IMG/VR virus record: IMGVR_UViG_3300036853_000446
Coordinates: 1 to 64,000 of that record
Length of the DNA: 64,000 nt
Strand: one strand, 5' to 3'
The number at the start of each line of letters is the position of its first letter. Position 1 is the first letter of the stretch. The notes beneath the pieces are model-generated. The model did not search any database and was not told where the DNA came from. It saw nothing but the letters and a program-made list of their open reading frames with translations. A program made the position numbers and the translations under genes. Below are positions 32,610 to 42,150 of the stretch, piece by piece.

Positions 32610-35600
32610 CAGTTGAACTTCTCTCGCCGCCTGTATTCACGGACGCCTTCGATGACCTTGCCCTCGATCAGCCGCACGAGATCGGGGCCACCGATACCGT
32701 TGACCATAACGTTTATGCCCGCTGCGGACCCACCGCCCGCGGGCATGATGCGCTCCCCTCTCCCCACCGACGCGAGGCCCTCCCCCTGCGCCGCGACAAC
32801 GGCTAGCCCCCGGGCAATGCCCGTCACCATACCCCCCCTTGCCTTTGCGCCGAGCACTTCTGGGGGCGGCGTGGCCACGTTATTGACACCACCCGACGGA
32901 CCGCCCTCAGCCAAGGCCCCTTCTAAGAATTTCGGTCCCACCTGCCCTGGGGCGACTTTACCGGCCTTCATCGCCGCGATCATCGTTCCGCGATCGGTGT
33001 CGCTGTACATGTAGTACTCGAACAGCGCCGTGCGAAGCGCCGAGAGCATTGAGGCTTCCATACCCTTGGCTTCCGCCTTGAGTGTTGCCGGGGCGATCTT
33101 GACGCCCTGCTGCTTCAGGGTCGTCTCTGTCTTCTTGTTATCCTCGATAACCGTGTCCAACTGCTCGTTGGCATGCTCTCCGGCGGATGCCGCAACAGCG
33201 GTTGGTGCCGTCGGTGAAGTAGCCAATGTTGGCGCAACACCTCCACCAGCACCAACCTCATAGTCGCCACTATCGATGTCGTGAGCAAGCCCTGACAAAC
33301 TCTCCAAGCTCCCCGAAGCCCACCCTGCCTTTCGCAATAAATCGGCCTGCTCTTCAGAAGACAAACCTATATCCTTGAGGATAGCGAGAATGTCTCCCAC
33401 TTCACCGGTCTGAGCGAGACCGCTGGTTGCCTGATGCGTCATGATCATGCCGCCAGCACCACCATCCGTCGGCATGAGAGAGGTTCGTGTGCGTTGCAAC
33501 CGGTCCTGGAGCTTGGCCTTCCGCTCTTGATCGAGGCCCATGTTCGACGCCATATCCAGCACTTCTTTTCCCGAGAAGTTTTTTCCAACAGACGATGCGA
33601 CCTGCGTCTTGCCGGCGTCCGTATTCACGAGAGCGTCCAACTTCTTGCCGAAGGCTCCCCCGGCCATGCTGCCCTTAACCTTCCCGAAGTCAGCCGTGCC
33701 ACTATTCTTGTCGAGGGCCTTTTCGAACGCTTGAATGAGTTCGGAGCTACCAGACTTGTAGACCGCCCTCTTCTTGCCCGCAGTGCCGGACCCAAACCGA
33801 TCGGCAAGGTCCATCACCGCCTCGAAGATGCCCTTCATCAGATTATAGAGCTTGTTGGTAAACCACTTGACAAAGTTGTCGAACTTGTCGATGAAACTCT
33901 GCGTCAACTGGCCCTGCTTCTTACTCATCTCTTTGACTGCGTCCTGAACGGATTGTGCAGCGTCCTCCTGACTCTTCTTCAACGCCTCCGCGTCGGCCTG
34001 CAATGACGGGTCCTCATCCGTGATCTGCTGAGCACTCAAGCCCTGGATGCGGGACACCTCGGCAGCAATCGCTTCTGGTGTTTTGAACGTACCCTGTGCG
34101 TTCTTCTTGGTCAGTTCCGTTCTGCGATGGCGTTCCGAATCCACTGCGAGTGCGAAATCCCGCAATTGTTCGACCAATTCCTGACTCTGGCCACTGGCTT
34201 CAGCGACCGCCCCGATATTGACCTTGGTCACGTTTAAGAGTGAACCACCCAGACTCTCGGCAACCCGCGCCATGGTCTCCATCTGACGAGGAATCGATTG
34301 AATTTCTCGTGAACCTTGCGATACGCTATACTCATCACCCTCAGAACCCTGCGTCAGGGTCTGTAGGCCAGCGGCCTTGTGGCGCAGAGTGCCCATCTTG
34401 CTCTTGTCGGTGATGCCCCGAATGGCTTCGTCCGCGCCTCGATAGCCATGCTCCTTTATGAGCGCGACAATATCGTCAATCTTGAGAGGTGAACCCGCTT
34501 CGGAAATTTGCTTGGCAACCTCTTGTCGCTGCTCGGCAATCTCAGACACCATCTCCTTTCGCATCCACTTCGGACCAACCATCAACGTCTGCCTCAGCAG
34601 ATCCTGTCGACTCATGTTCTTGAATCCAGACGCGATTGTCTGAAAGAAGCTCGCAGCTGAGCGCGGATTCATGATCTTTCCGAGTTTGCTGAGCAGGTCG
34701 ACAGCGCCGTCCAGTCTCAAGTTCCATAGACTCAGATCCGCGCTGGATCCTTTTATGATGTTGAAGAACTTGATCCCAGCGATCCCAGATCCCGCTGCGG
34801 CGCGTGTTATGTTCGCAAACGATTCCGCGGTGCTGTCAATACTCTGCCCCATCTCGACGGCCATCTCGGCCTGTAACGAAACGATTTCCTGCAAGGGCAC
34901 ACCGAGCGAACGAGAATAGCCGACACCCATCGTGACAATGCTCTGAGTCAGCTTCTTCATACCCTCTTCGGTGTTGCCAGCCTGCTTGGCCAAATTGCCG
35001 AAAGCGACGCCTTCTTGATTGAGGGTATTTAGGATCGCCGTGTGCGTGTCTGCGGTGATTCCGAGAGCGCTATTGAATGACTGATCTAAAGCAGCCTCCC
35101 GGACACCGTCGAGTGCCTTCCCCATATTCATTATCGCAAGCGACGCCGAACCGCCCGCCTGATTGAGGAACTCGACGTTCGATGTCGACTCCATGATGCC
35201 GCGGTTGAAATCCTTCACCGTGGCGTCTGCGTCGAGGAAGAATTGAATGACACCGATTATGCTCGATTGCAAAAGAGGAGCGAGGGCTGCGAGCGGACGC
35301 ATAATCTTACCGAAGCCGCTCAACAGACTTCCGAGCATTTTCAGGCTCCCGCCGCCCAATTGAGTCATGGCTCCGCCGACGCCCCCAGCGGCTTTCCCGG
35401 CGATCAACTTTTTCTCGCCTTCTCTTTTGAGATGCAGCCGGGAGACCCTGGAGAGTAACTGCATGGGCTTGTACGCGCGTTTGATACCCGCGCCAAAGAT
35501 GTCGGCAGACTTCTCTATGAAGTTCTTAGCGTCCTTTTGGAGAAATGCCGCAAGAGGCGCTTTCAACTCTTCTCCGGCGTCGGCCATCGCTGCTTTCAAA

Positions 35601-36046
35601 CCCTTGGGCGCGATCAGCGTCAGTGCCATTTTGCCGACGCCACCCCTGGCTTTGTTTCCCCGGGCAGCTTTGCCGAGCGTGACTTGACGCTTATAGGCCT
35701 TCTCCAAAGCGTCGATCTGAACCACCAGGCCGGCCTTCTTCTTGCCCGCGGCAGCGTCATGAAGCTTTCTCAGGTCCCTGAGCGAGTCACCTTGCGTCTT
35801 AAGCCGGTCGTCTTGCCTTTCGTATTCCTTGTTGAGGTTCTCGACGGACTTCCTCCACTTGTCGGTGTCGTCCTTCCCCGCCTTTGCCGCCTTCTTGGTC
35901 TGTTTGCTCACTTTCTGACCGCTTTCCGCGATCCCTTTCATGGACTTCTTCATCTCGCGCGCGAACTTCTCCATGGCCTTGACCGAGGCCCGGATGTCCA
36001 CGAGGACGTCAAATGTAAGGACGTCGTCTTTTGATGGTGTCGCCAT
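32609..36046 (-). CDS. Tail tape measure protein, 1145 aa
   Basis: Long Ala/Lys/Gly/Met-rich helical protein; C-terminal ARGGMVTG...GRGERIMPA motif typical of tape measures; lies between chaperones and baseplate genes. Confidence 0.85.
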   Translation of the reverse strand: MATPSKDDVLTFDVLVDIRASVKAMEKFAREMKKSMKGIAESGQKVSKQTKKAAKAGKDDTDKWRKSVENLNKEYERQDDRLKTQGDSLRDLRKLHDAAAGKKKAGLVVQIDALEKAYKRQVTLGKAARGNKARGGVGKMALTLIAPKGLKAAMADAGEELKAPLAAFLQKDAKNFIEKSADIFGAGIKRAYKPMQLLSRVSRLHLKREGEKKLIAGKAAGGVGGAMTQLGGGSLKMLGSLLSGFGKIMRPLAALAPLLQSSIIGVIQFFLDADATVKDFNRGIMESTSNVEFLNQAGGSASLAIMNMGKALDGVREAALDQSFNSALGITADTHTAILNTLNQEGVAFGNLAKQAGNTEEGMKKLTQSIVTMGVGYSRSLGVPLQEIVSLQAEMAVEMGQSIDSTAESFANITRAAAGSGIAGIKFFNIIKGSSADLSLWNLRLDGAVDLLSKLGKIMNPRSAASFFQTIASGFKNMSRQDLLRQTLMVGPKWMRKEMVSEIAEQRQEVAKQISEAGSPLKIDDIVALIKEHGYRGADEAIRGITDKSKMGTLRHKAAGLQTLTQGSEGDEYSVSQGSREIQSIPRQMETMARVAESLGGSLLNVTKVNIGAVAEASGQSQELVEQLRDFALAVDSERHRRTELTKKNAQGTFKTPEAIAAEVSRIQGLSAQQITDEDPSLQADAEALKKSQEDAAQSVQDAVKEMSKKQGQLTQSFIDKFDNFVKWFTNKLYNLMKGIFEAVMDLADRFGSGTAGKKRAVYKSGSSELIQAFEKALDKNSGTADFGKVKGSMAGGAFGKKLDALVNTDAGKTQVASSVGKNFSGKEVLDMASNMGLDQERKAKLQDRLQRTRTSLMPTDGGAGGMIMTHQATSGLAQTGEVGDILAILKDIGLSSEEQADLLRKAGWASGSLESLSGLAHDIDSGDYEVGAGGGVAPTLATSPTAPTAVAASAGEHANEQLDTVIEDNKKTETTLKQQGVKIAPATLKAEAKGMEASMLSALRTALFEYYMYSDTDRGTMIAAMKAGKVAPGQVGPKFLEGALAEGGPSGGVNNVATPPPEVLGAKARGGMVTGIARGLAVVAAQGEGLASVGRGERIMPAGGGSAAGINVMVNGIGGPDLVRLIEGKVIEGVREYRRREKFN

Positions 36047-36049
36047 GAA

Positions 36050-37309
36050 TCAACCCCTGCGGAAAGGCGTTCCTGTGGAGCGCGGTCGCGCTTTAGCCGG
36101 CATCACGCTAGGTGAATTCCTAACAATGGGTTGTTGCAGCCACTTCTGCGAGAACTCGTCGTACTTGGGATCGCTGTACTCGGGATGCGCCGCTTGTGCC
36201 GCGAGACTCCGCGCGATCTCGACCCGCCTCTCGGCGATTCGCTTCTGAACCTCGGAGCGAGAGAGGCCGGACATATCCGTTCCGGCAATGATTGGCCGGT
36301 CGCCGAACTCCCGAATGTGAGCCGCCCTTGCCTCGTTGATGGCCTGCGCTCGCTGGTCGAGGTTCGCGCGGACTCGATTCTCGTGATCCTCGATGACGCG
36401 ATCGTGCCAGTCCTTCTCGCCCGTCAAGTCGCGCTCGAGCTGCTTCGTCAACTCGGCAACGGAGCGGGCGACGAGGACGGTCCCCGTTTGCTTCTGCTCG
36501 TCCATTGGCTCGTTCAACAGGGCGAACCGGAGGATCTTCTCACGACGCTCGATCTGCTCGGTGCGGGCCTCTTGTCTCCGTCTTTTGTCCGCGTTGTAGA
36601 TGCGTTGCATCCCTTTGCCGGCCATGGAAGAGGCCACAAATTTGGCATTCTCCCACTCGCGCTCGGCATTCTCTCGCAGGTCCTCCAGGTTGTTGAGAGC
36701 GCGCCAACTGAGTTGGCCCCAGTTGAGGCCCAGCGATTGGGTGCCTTCAAACCCAGTTATGGCTGTGGCCGACAGATCCAAACCCTTCACTTGGACCCAT
36801 CGCATTCGCGAACGATTCTCCAGCATGTAGGGCTCCACGAGGAGCACGGCACGGTTAGCGCGACGGTTGATCTCGCTCAGGTGACGGACGACCTTCTGTT
36901 GGGCTTCCTTCGGCAGCGAGCCAAAAAATTCGGCAAGTTCGTGAAGCCGCTCGTCGCGAGCCTTGAGGACGTTGACGCCGTCCACCAAGGCCACACCGTA
37001 CGCCAGGAACATGCTGTAGTAGCGCTGAACCGCGGCCACGTCTCGCGTGTGGAGCTGCTGCGTCAATGCCAGCCACTCGAATTCATGGTGGTTCAGGGAC
37101 TTGAACACAAACGGCACGCCGTTGATGGTCGCCGCCACCGTCAGGAACCCCCGAAAGAGAATGGGGTCGACGTCCTTGTAGATCTCCGGGTTGACCTCGG
37201 GGACTTGGAAGTCTTCGGGGTTTATCTCTAGGTCAGTTTCGTCTTCGAGACCTTCTTGTTGGCGTAGACGCTGTTGCTCTGTCTCGTAGTCCCCCGAGGC
37301 GTTGACCAT
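36050..37309 (-). CDS. Putative tail assembly chaperone (second), 419 aa
   Basis: Immediately upstream of the tape measure; N-terminal TINGVPFVFKSL...AYGVALVDG is similar to the upstream paralog. Confidence 0.55.
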   Translation of the reverse strand: MVNASGDYETEQQRLRQQEGLEDETDLEINPEDFQVPEVNPEIYKDVDPILFRGFLTVAATINGVPFVFKSLNHHEFEWLALTQQLHTRDVAAVQRYYSMFLAYGVALVDGVNVLKARDERLHELAEFFGSLPKEAQQKVVRHLSEINRRANRAVLLVEPYMLENRSRMRWVQVKGLDLSATAITGFEGTQSLGLNWGQLSWRALNNLEDLRENAEREWENAKFVASSMAGKGMQRIYNADKRRRQEARTEQIERREKILRFALLNEPMDEQKQTGTVLVARSVAELTKQLERDLTGEKDWHDRVIEDHENRVRANLDQRAQAINEARAAHIREFGDRPIIAGTDMSGLSRSEVQKRIAERRVEIARSLAAQAAHPEYSDPKYDEFSQKWLQQPIVRNSPSVMPAKARPRSTGTPFRRG

Positions 37310-37315
37310 GAGGGG

Positions 37316-38434
37316 TCACCGCTTGGCGGCCGCTCTCGGGTTTAAGCCGCCCCTACTGAGCGGATTGACATATTTTGAATTGATTCCCGCCACAGGCGGC
37401 TTATCGACGATGCTCTGTGCACCGATCGGATCGACCTTCGGCTCCGATTGCAGCACGACCACATCGGAATCGTCCATGGCCTCCGTGGCCGCGAACCGTG
37501 CCGCTTTCGTGGTCATGTCATAGACCTGGTCGGCCGGAGGCGCGCCCGAACGTCGGTTGGCCGTGGCAACGTTTTGGTCGGGAAGATTGACGGGCACGGG
37601 GTCGCGTATCGGTGTCTGGTTGAGGGGTACTCTGCGAACGGGAGCCTCTGTCGAGTCCGGCGAATCTGCCGCCTCCGAGGCCGCCTGCTGACTCGTGGCC
37701 CCCGGAGCCACAGCTCCCTGGGCCACAGCCTGCACGAGCTGCTGCGGCGCACGGGGAGGCGGAGCCGCCGGGGACTCCTCCGCGGGTTCCTCCTGGATGG
37801 CTTTGACGTCCTCCTGCGAGGTCGGGGGCTTCGCCCACGTCTTGGCGCGCTCGCCCAAGTCTGCCAGCTCGGTTTTGGAAGTGGCGACGAGCAGACCATC
37901 TTCCTTTAGAATTGACTCTCGCATGTCGCTCGGCAGCTCGGCCCCCGCTTCGCTCAGCTCGCCGAGAATGCGACGGAATTTCTCCTCATCCGTCTCGGCT
38001 TCGACCTTGAACTGAACGCCCGCATTGGCCAACTGGGTCGCGATCGCCATGACGTCCAGGACCTTACGAAAGGCGACCTGCACCATGTCGCTGCTCCAGG
38101 TCGAGACGACGTTATCGCGCAGCCATTGTTGACGCTCGACCTTTATCGGCGGTGCGCCGGACTCGTCTGCGTCGACTTCGATGAAACTCACGTCGCGAAA
38201 GCTCTGGCCCTCGACTTGAACGATCGAGTGACAGACGTGCTCCAGCTGGTACTCGATCGCGTACGAAACCTCAGGAACGTCCTTCAGCTGCTCGAGGATG
38301 CGCGTAACGCCTTCTGCGGGAAGGCTGCTCATAACCAGCTCTATGCCGGCAATCGTGACGGACTCTTCGACCTGACCCGCGTTGCGGGCCTTCTCCAGCA
38401 CCGCCTTGAGGCGACTGGCTTTCAAAACCGGCAT
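37316..38434 (-). CDS. Putative tail assembly chaperone (first), 372 aa
   Basis: Between tube and tape measure; VTIAGIELVMSSL...CHSIVQVEG; Pro/Ala/Glu-rich disordered C-terminal half; strong GGAGA SD. Confidence 0.55.
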   Translation of the reverse strand: MPVLKASRLKAVLEKARNAGQVEESVTIAGIELVMSSLPAEGVTRILEQLKDVPEVSYAIEYQLEHVCHSIVQVEGQSFRDVSFIEVDADESGAPPIKVERQQWLRDNVVSTWSSDMVQVAFRKVLDVMAIATQLANAGVQFKVEAETDEEKFRRILGELSEAGAELPSDMRESILKEDGLLVATSKTELADLGERAKTWAKPPTSQEDVKAIQEEPAEESPAAPPPRAPQQLVQAVAQGAVAPGATSQQAASEAADSPDSTEAPVRRVPLNQTPIRDPVPVNLPDQNVATANRRSGAPPADQVYDMTTKAARFAATEAMDDSDVVVLQSEPKVDPIGAQSIVDKPPVAGINSKYVNPLSRGGLNPRAAAKR

Positions 38435-38463
38435 AATTTATCTCCATGTTTTCATCTGAGCGC

Positions 38464-38496
38464 CGAGGGCAGCTCGGCCGGAGCCGAGTGCCCTCG
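38464..38496 (-). promoter_or_regulatory. Stable RNA hairpin (8 bp + 6 bp, one bulge) with a C(UCCG)G tetraloop on the mRNA strand
   Basis: Arms CGAGGGCA/TGCCCTCG and CTCGGC/GCCGAG; no U-tract follows. Confidence 0.75.
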
Positions 38497-38500
38497 AACC

Positions 38501-38526
38501 GTCTTCATCTATTGTCTTCGTCTATT
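38501..38526. repeat. Tandem 13-nt direct repeat AATAGAYGAAGAC (minus-strand reading)
   Basis: Plus strand GTCTTCATCTATT GTCTTCGTCTATT. Confidence 0.85.
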
Positions 38527-38541
38527 GGGCGACGCGAGCAA

Positions 38542-39285
38542 CTACCCGTTGAAGCCGGCGAGACCTTGTGAGGCATTCGCCGAGTTGCCGGCAAAACGGA
38601 TCGAAGTTCCCGCACCCGCTGCACCGCCATGTTCAGTCAACGGCGCGAGGCCCGAATCGATGTATTCACCATACGTAGAGAACCCGTCGATCACGTCCGT
38701 CGCCACGACGGTGCTCCCCTCTGCGACAATTGCTGCATCCGCCGTGTATGAAGCATTATAGGACTGCATCCAGCACCCCTCGTAGATTGTGATGAGCGCC
38801 TTCACGGCGTTTGTTGTAAACTCCCCGGGGCCTCGCACCACCGATGCAGCCCTCACGCCGGGTGCATTATCGACGTCACCAATCTGGTTGGAAGAAACCA
38901 ACTCGGAGAACACGAGTTCTTGCTTGATGTCGAAGGGCCACCGGTGGTGCCGTAACGACCTCACGAGCCCCTCGACGCCGCCCTTGTAACCAAAGACTTG
39001 GAAGAGGTTCACCGCGTAGAGCAGCGTCTTATTGACGGTGATATTGATCGGCTCCGTGACGCCAGGAACCATCTCCGCGATCTGATCCCCGTAGCCCACC
39101 CCTCGGACCGGATCAATTTGACGGCTTTCATCATGCCCAAATTCGGTGAGCACACCAATCTGTTGGAACTTCCGGGCCCCCGCCATATAGGAGAAGACCT
39201 TGTTCTTCTGAGAGACAGCCGCGCGAGTATTCGGCGCTGTCCCCTGGCGGTACAAATAGTTAGACGTGTCCGATGGTTTTCCCAT
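38542..39285 (-). CDS. Tail tube protein, 247 aa
   Basis: QQIGVLTEFGHDESRQIDPVRGVGYGDQIAEMVPGVTEPINITVNKTLLY...YEGCWMQSYNASY resembles myophage tube proteins; TAAGGA SD; position upstream of chaperones and tape measure. Confidence 0.75.
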   Translation of the reverse strand: MGKPSDTSNYLYRQGTAPNTRAAVSQKNKVFSYMAGARKFQQIGVLTEFGHDESRQIDPVRGVGYGDQIAEMVPGVTEPINITVNKTLLYAVNLFQVFGYKGGVEGLVRSLRHHRWPFDIKQELVFSELVSSNQIGDVDNAPGVRAASVVRGPGEFTTNAVKALITIYEGCWMQSYNASYTADAAIVAEGSTVVATDVIDGFSTYGEYIDSGLAPLTEHGGAAGAGTSIRFAGNSANASQGLAGFNG

Positions 39286-39335
39286 GATGTGTTCCTTACA
39301 TATTCAAGGTCACCCACACAGGGCGACTTGACTCT

Positions 39336-39428
39336 TTAGCGTTGGACAATCTGCAAGCGAGGCACGACATTATCGACTGTATGGGTGCCACTCTTCGACA
39401 GAACCAGGCAATCTTCGCAGACCTTCAT
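39336..39428 (-). CDS. Possible 30-aa mini-ORF with CxxC (MKVCEDCLVLSK...)
   Basis: ATG 8 nt after the upstream stop; fills the spacer; no other support. Confidence 0.25.
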   Translation of the reverse strand: MKVCEDCLVLSKSGTHTVDNVVPRLQIVQR

Positions 39429-39436
39429 GTGGCGCC

Positions 39437-40288
39437 TTATACCGACGACCGGTGAAACAAGCCGTGGAGTCTGTCGTTGCGTGCCGCGAGCTTCGCGAGA
39501 TCGTCCCGCACCCAGCCCTCCGTGAGTTCGGTCTGGCTGCAGATGCTCGCGACCTTTGTCGTGACCCGGGCGATGTCAGCTCGAGCCCGCGCCGCGTCGA
39601 ACTTTTTGCCCGTGGACGCGAGGCGGTTGATCGTGGCGACCGTTTGCTGCGCCTTGGTGAGAATGCCCCGCGCAACCTTCATGTTCGACTCGTACGAGTC
39701 GAACGCGAGCGCGGCGCTCTTCGGGTTGATGAAGTCCTCGTCTAGGAAACTCGCTCCGCCCCACGCGAGCGTTTCGTTTCTAAAGTTGATCAGGTGTTTG
39801 AGGAAGCCATCGATGTCCCGTAGATCGAGACCCTGCCCGACGGAAGGAGATGGTCTCCGCATCGCCTTGGCGAGGTTGCCCAACGTTGCCTGCAACGAAT
39901 CACACAACCTCCCTGCACTCATCGTCAAAGCATTGAGGTTATGGACCTCCCGACTGTCTTCTCTGGCTTCGACTCGTTTGGGGTCCATGCAGATCGTTCT
40001 CCCCTGATCGGAGGGCATAAAAGGACCCGCGGCCCATCGAGCGCGAATCGGGGCGAGAAGCGACCAGAGACGGTCGTCGTCGACCGCCATCAAGACCTCC
40101 CCCGTCTTCAGAAATTCATCGAGCGCGCGCCGCGCCGTCTTCGAATTGCGGCTCAGACGCGAGACGAGCGTGAGAACACTGACGGGACCGAGCGCGAATT
40201 TCTGCCCCTCGGGCGTACGGACCCAGTCCTTCGATCCGTCTGTGCCGAACGTGACGAGCAGAGATGGCATGCCTCCTGGAGGCAGCAC
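39437..40288 (-). CDS. Hypothetical protein, 283 aa (alternative ATG at 40270)
   Basis: Long ORF on the coding strand; helical C-terminus; no family recognised. Confidence 0.7.
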   Translation of the reverse strand: MLPPGGMPSLLVTFGTDGSKDWVRTPEGQKFALGPVSVLTLVSRLSRNSKTARRALDEFLKTGEVLMAVDDDRLWSLLAPIRARWAAGPFMPSDQGRTICMDPKRVEAREDSREVHNLNALTMSAGRLCDSLQATLGNLAKAMRRPSPSVGQGLDLRDIDGFLKHLINFRNETLAWGGASFLDEDFINPKSAALAFDSYESNMKVARGILTKAQQTVATINRLASTGKKFDAARARADIARVTTKVASICSQTELTEGWVRDDLAKLAARNDRLHGLFHRSSV

Positions 40289-40315
40289 GCAAAAGGATTC
40301 GCGACGCGCCCAGGC

Positions 40316-40347
40316 ACAAAAGACGAACGGCCCTGTGTGGGGGCCGT
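40316..40347 (-). terminator. Rho-independent terminator after the antitoxin-like gene
   Basis: Minus strand ACGGCCC-CCACACA-GGGCCGT followed by TCGTCTTTTGTG. Confidence 0.7.
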
Positions 40348-40442
40348 CACTACTTCGGAGATTTCCCGGAGGACCTGACTACGGGCTACGACGCTTTCTT
40401 TGCGATCTCCCGCTGCATTTGGGAAAGCGGCGTGATCGGCAA

Positions 40443-40853
40443 TCAAGCCGCTACGGTCAGCGTCAGTCCCGAGGGCACCACTGCCTCCAGAGTACCGGTG
40501 GAACGAAACCGATCGAGCAGGTGTAAGACGGCTAGGCGTACTACGGCTGAGATTTCGCCGTCTGCCGTTTCCCAGCGGCAAACCGTCTCGAGCGCAACGC
40601 CCAAAAGCGCACCGAGATCGCCCTGTGATAGGCCGAGTGCCTTACGGGCAAACCGAAGTTCGAGACCGCCGACGCCCTCAGACCGAGATAGCACGACTGC
40701 CGCGGCTTGAAGCTCGAGCCGCTCCCATTCATCAGACGTGAGCCCTGACGCCGCCCCCGTGGGAAGGTCGAGAGGTACCGCCTCGTAGGGTGCTTTCACC
40801 TCGTAGTGCCCGACCCGAATAACCGCTTCTCCCCGATCGATTGACTGACTCAT
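40443..40853 (-). CDS. MqsA/HigA-like XRE-HTH antitoxin, 136 aa
   Basis: C-terminal HTH LRFARKALGLSQGDLGALLGVALETVCRWETAD; N-terminal domain lacks CxxC; GAGGT SD 10 nt upstream of ATG 40853 (track start TTG 40859). Confidence 0.75.
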   Translation of the reverse strand: MSQSIDRGEAVIRVGHYEVKAPYEAVPLDLPTGAASGLTSDEWERLELQAAAVVLSRSEGVGGLELRFARKALGLSQGDLGALLGVALETVCRWETADGEISAVVRLAVLHLLDRFRSTGTLEAVVPSGLTLTVAA

Positions 40854-40865
40854 TTGCAAAACACC

Positions 40866-41147
40866 TCAAAAGACCGTGACGACAATCAGCCCACTCGTCA
40901 CCACGACGGCGAGCCCGACCTCTACGCCCTCTGCGTCCACACCGCCTGTGGCGAGCCACGTGCCCTCGTCCTCCTGAAAGACTACGGTCCCAACGCCCGA
41001 GAGCGCGTGGCGAATGTCCCGACGAGTCAGGTTCCGTTCCAAAGCACGATCGAAAGCGTGATCCCTCATGAGGAAGATGCCCGTCTGCCCCGCCCGATGG
41101 CACTCGGCCAGGATGAGACCTGGACTGTGGGTGGGGACGAATCGCAC
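40866..41147 (-). CDS. DUF4258-like (RelE/BrnT-fold) toxin candidate, 93 aa
   Basis: RDHAFDRALERNLTRRDIRHAL...LIVVTVF matches the DUF4258 pattern H-A-x-x-R-x-x-E-R-x-I...V-V-T-V-[FY]; upstream of an HTH gene. Confidence 0.7.
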   Translation of the reverse strand: MRFVPTHSPGLILAECHRAGQTGIFLMRDHAFDRALERNLTRRDIRHALSGVGTVVFQEDEGTWLATGGVDAEGVEVGLAVVVTSGLIVVTVF

Positions 41148-41148
41148 T

Positions 41149-41181
41149 CAATATATTGCCAAAGTTTGATGAATTGTCAAA
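41149..41181 (-). promoter_or_regulatory. Sigma70-type promoter with overlapping operator-like palindromes
   Basis: Perfect -35 TTGACA (41180-41175); -10 either TG-g-CAATAT (16-nt spacer) or TATATT (19 nt); palindrome CAATATATTG 41149-41158; inverted repeat TTTGA-N7-TCAAA 41165-41181. Confidence 0.7.
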
Positions 41182-41312
41182 TAACCAGCGACGACCCACT
41201 GAACGGAAGAGGGCCCAACCGCCCCGCTGTAAAGCGACGTAGGGGGATAAGCGACGTTCGTCGGGCGTCGATCTTCTTAGAACCGGCTTTCGGGCCGCCC
41301 ACACAGATTGAG

Positions 41313-42134
41313 CTAAACCCGCAAGAACGTCTGGATCACGTCTTCTCTCGAGACGGCAGTTCCGGTCTCGGGACCCGCGAGGAGGAAACGATTCAGCTTC
41401 CAGCCCCCTGGGTGCCCCAGAGACGCTTCGGCGGCGTTCAAGTGGACCTCCGCCGCCTGGAGATCAAAACGCACGTAAGGGCTCTTTCTGAACGCCAGAA
41501 CCATCTCCCGACCGCTCTCGAGTCGGTGAAAAACCACTCCGCGGAGGTGCCCCTGTCGGTACAGCTCGATGACCGCGTCAACGAGACGCCCCGTCCCGGT
41601 CGCGAGCACGAAGCCGTTGGTCCCTCGATCGATAATTGTCGGGGGCTCGGCCGGGCGCGGGAGCGCGGGAAGCGTCCCGTGCAGCACGTAGCCCCGCAAC
41701 CACTCGACCACTTGCCCTAGCCGCCGGCCCTGCTCCTCCCGATTCATCGGCGCCGCGCAGAAATAGCCGTCAACCAGCAGGAACAAGCGCGCGAGGTCCC
41801 GATCGACGTGCGCCAGGCCACCCTCTTGAAGCTGGGTGGCAAGTTCGACCGCCGACACCAGCGCCGCAGCCATGGGATGAAGGCACAGCTCCCTGTCGAG
41901 AAACAAGCTCGCGGCAACGACCGTTGCGAGGTTCTGGGCCGAGCGAGCGACGAACGTCAACGGCAACGAGCGCCCACAGATCAGGTCGACGTAGAGCCGC
42001 GACAGCGGGGACCCCGGGCCACCGGGCGCGTAGACGGTGAGCCCAGCGCATGATCCCGTGAACGAGCCGAACGCTACGACTGGCTCGTTCAGCAGTTCAG
42101 GGAGGTCGGGGTCGACGGTGACGCGGAGGTCCAC
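41313..42134 (-). CDS. Hypothetical protein, 273 aa (possibly a degenerate DHH/DHHA1-like fold)
   Basis: ORF is clear; C-terminal DL...LNAAE...GGW...LAGPETGTAVSREDV loosely resembles DHH-associated domains, but no DHH triad is present. Confidence 0.55.
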   Translation of the reverse strand: MDLRVTVDPDLPELLNEPVVAFGSFTGSCAGLTVYAPGGPGSPLSRLYVDLICGRSLPLTFVARSAQNLATVVAASLFLDRELCLHPMAAALVSAVELATQLQEGGLAHVDRDLARLFLLVDGYFCAAPMNREEQGRRLGQVVEWLRGYVLHGTLPALPRPAEPPTIIDRGTNGFVLATGTGRLVDAVIELYRQGHLRGVVFHRLESGREMVLAFRKSPYVRFDLQAAEVHLNAAEASLGHPGGWKLNRFLLAGPETGTAVSREDVIQTFLRV

Positions 42135-42150
42135 GCCGATAGGTTACACC

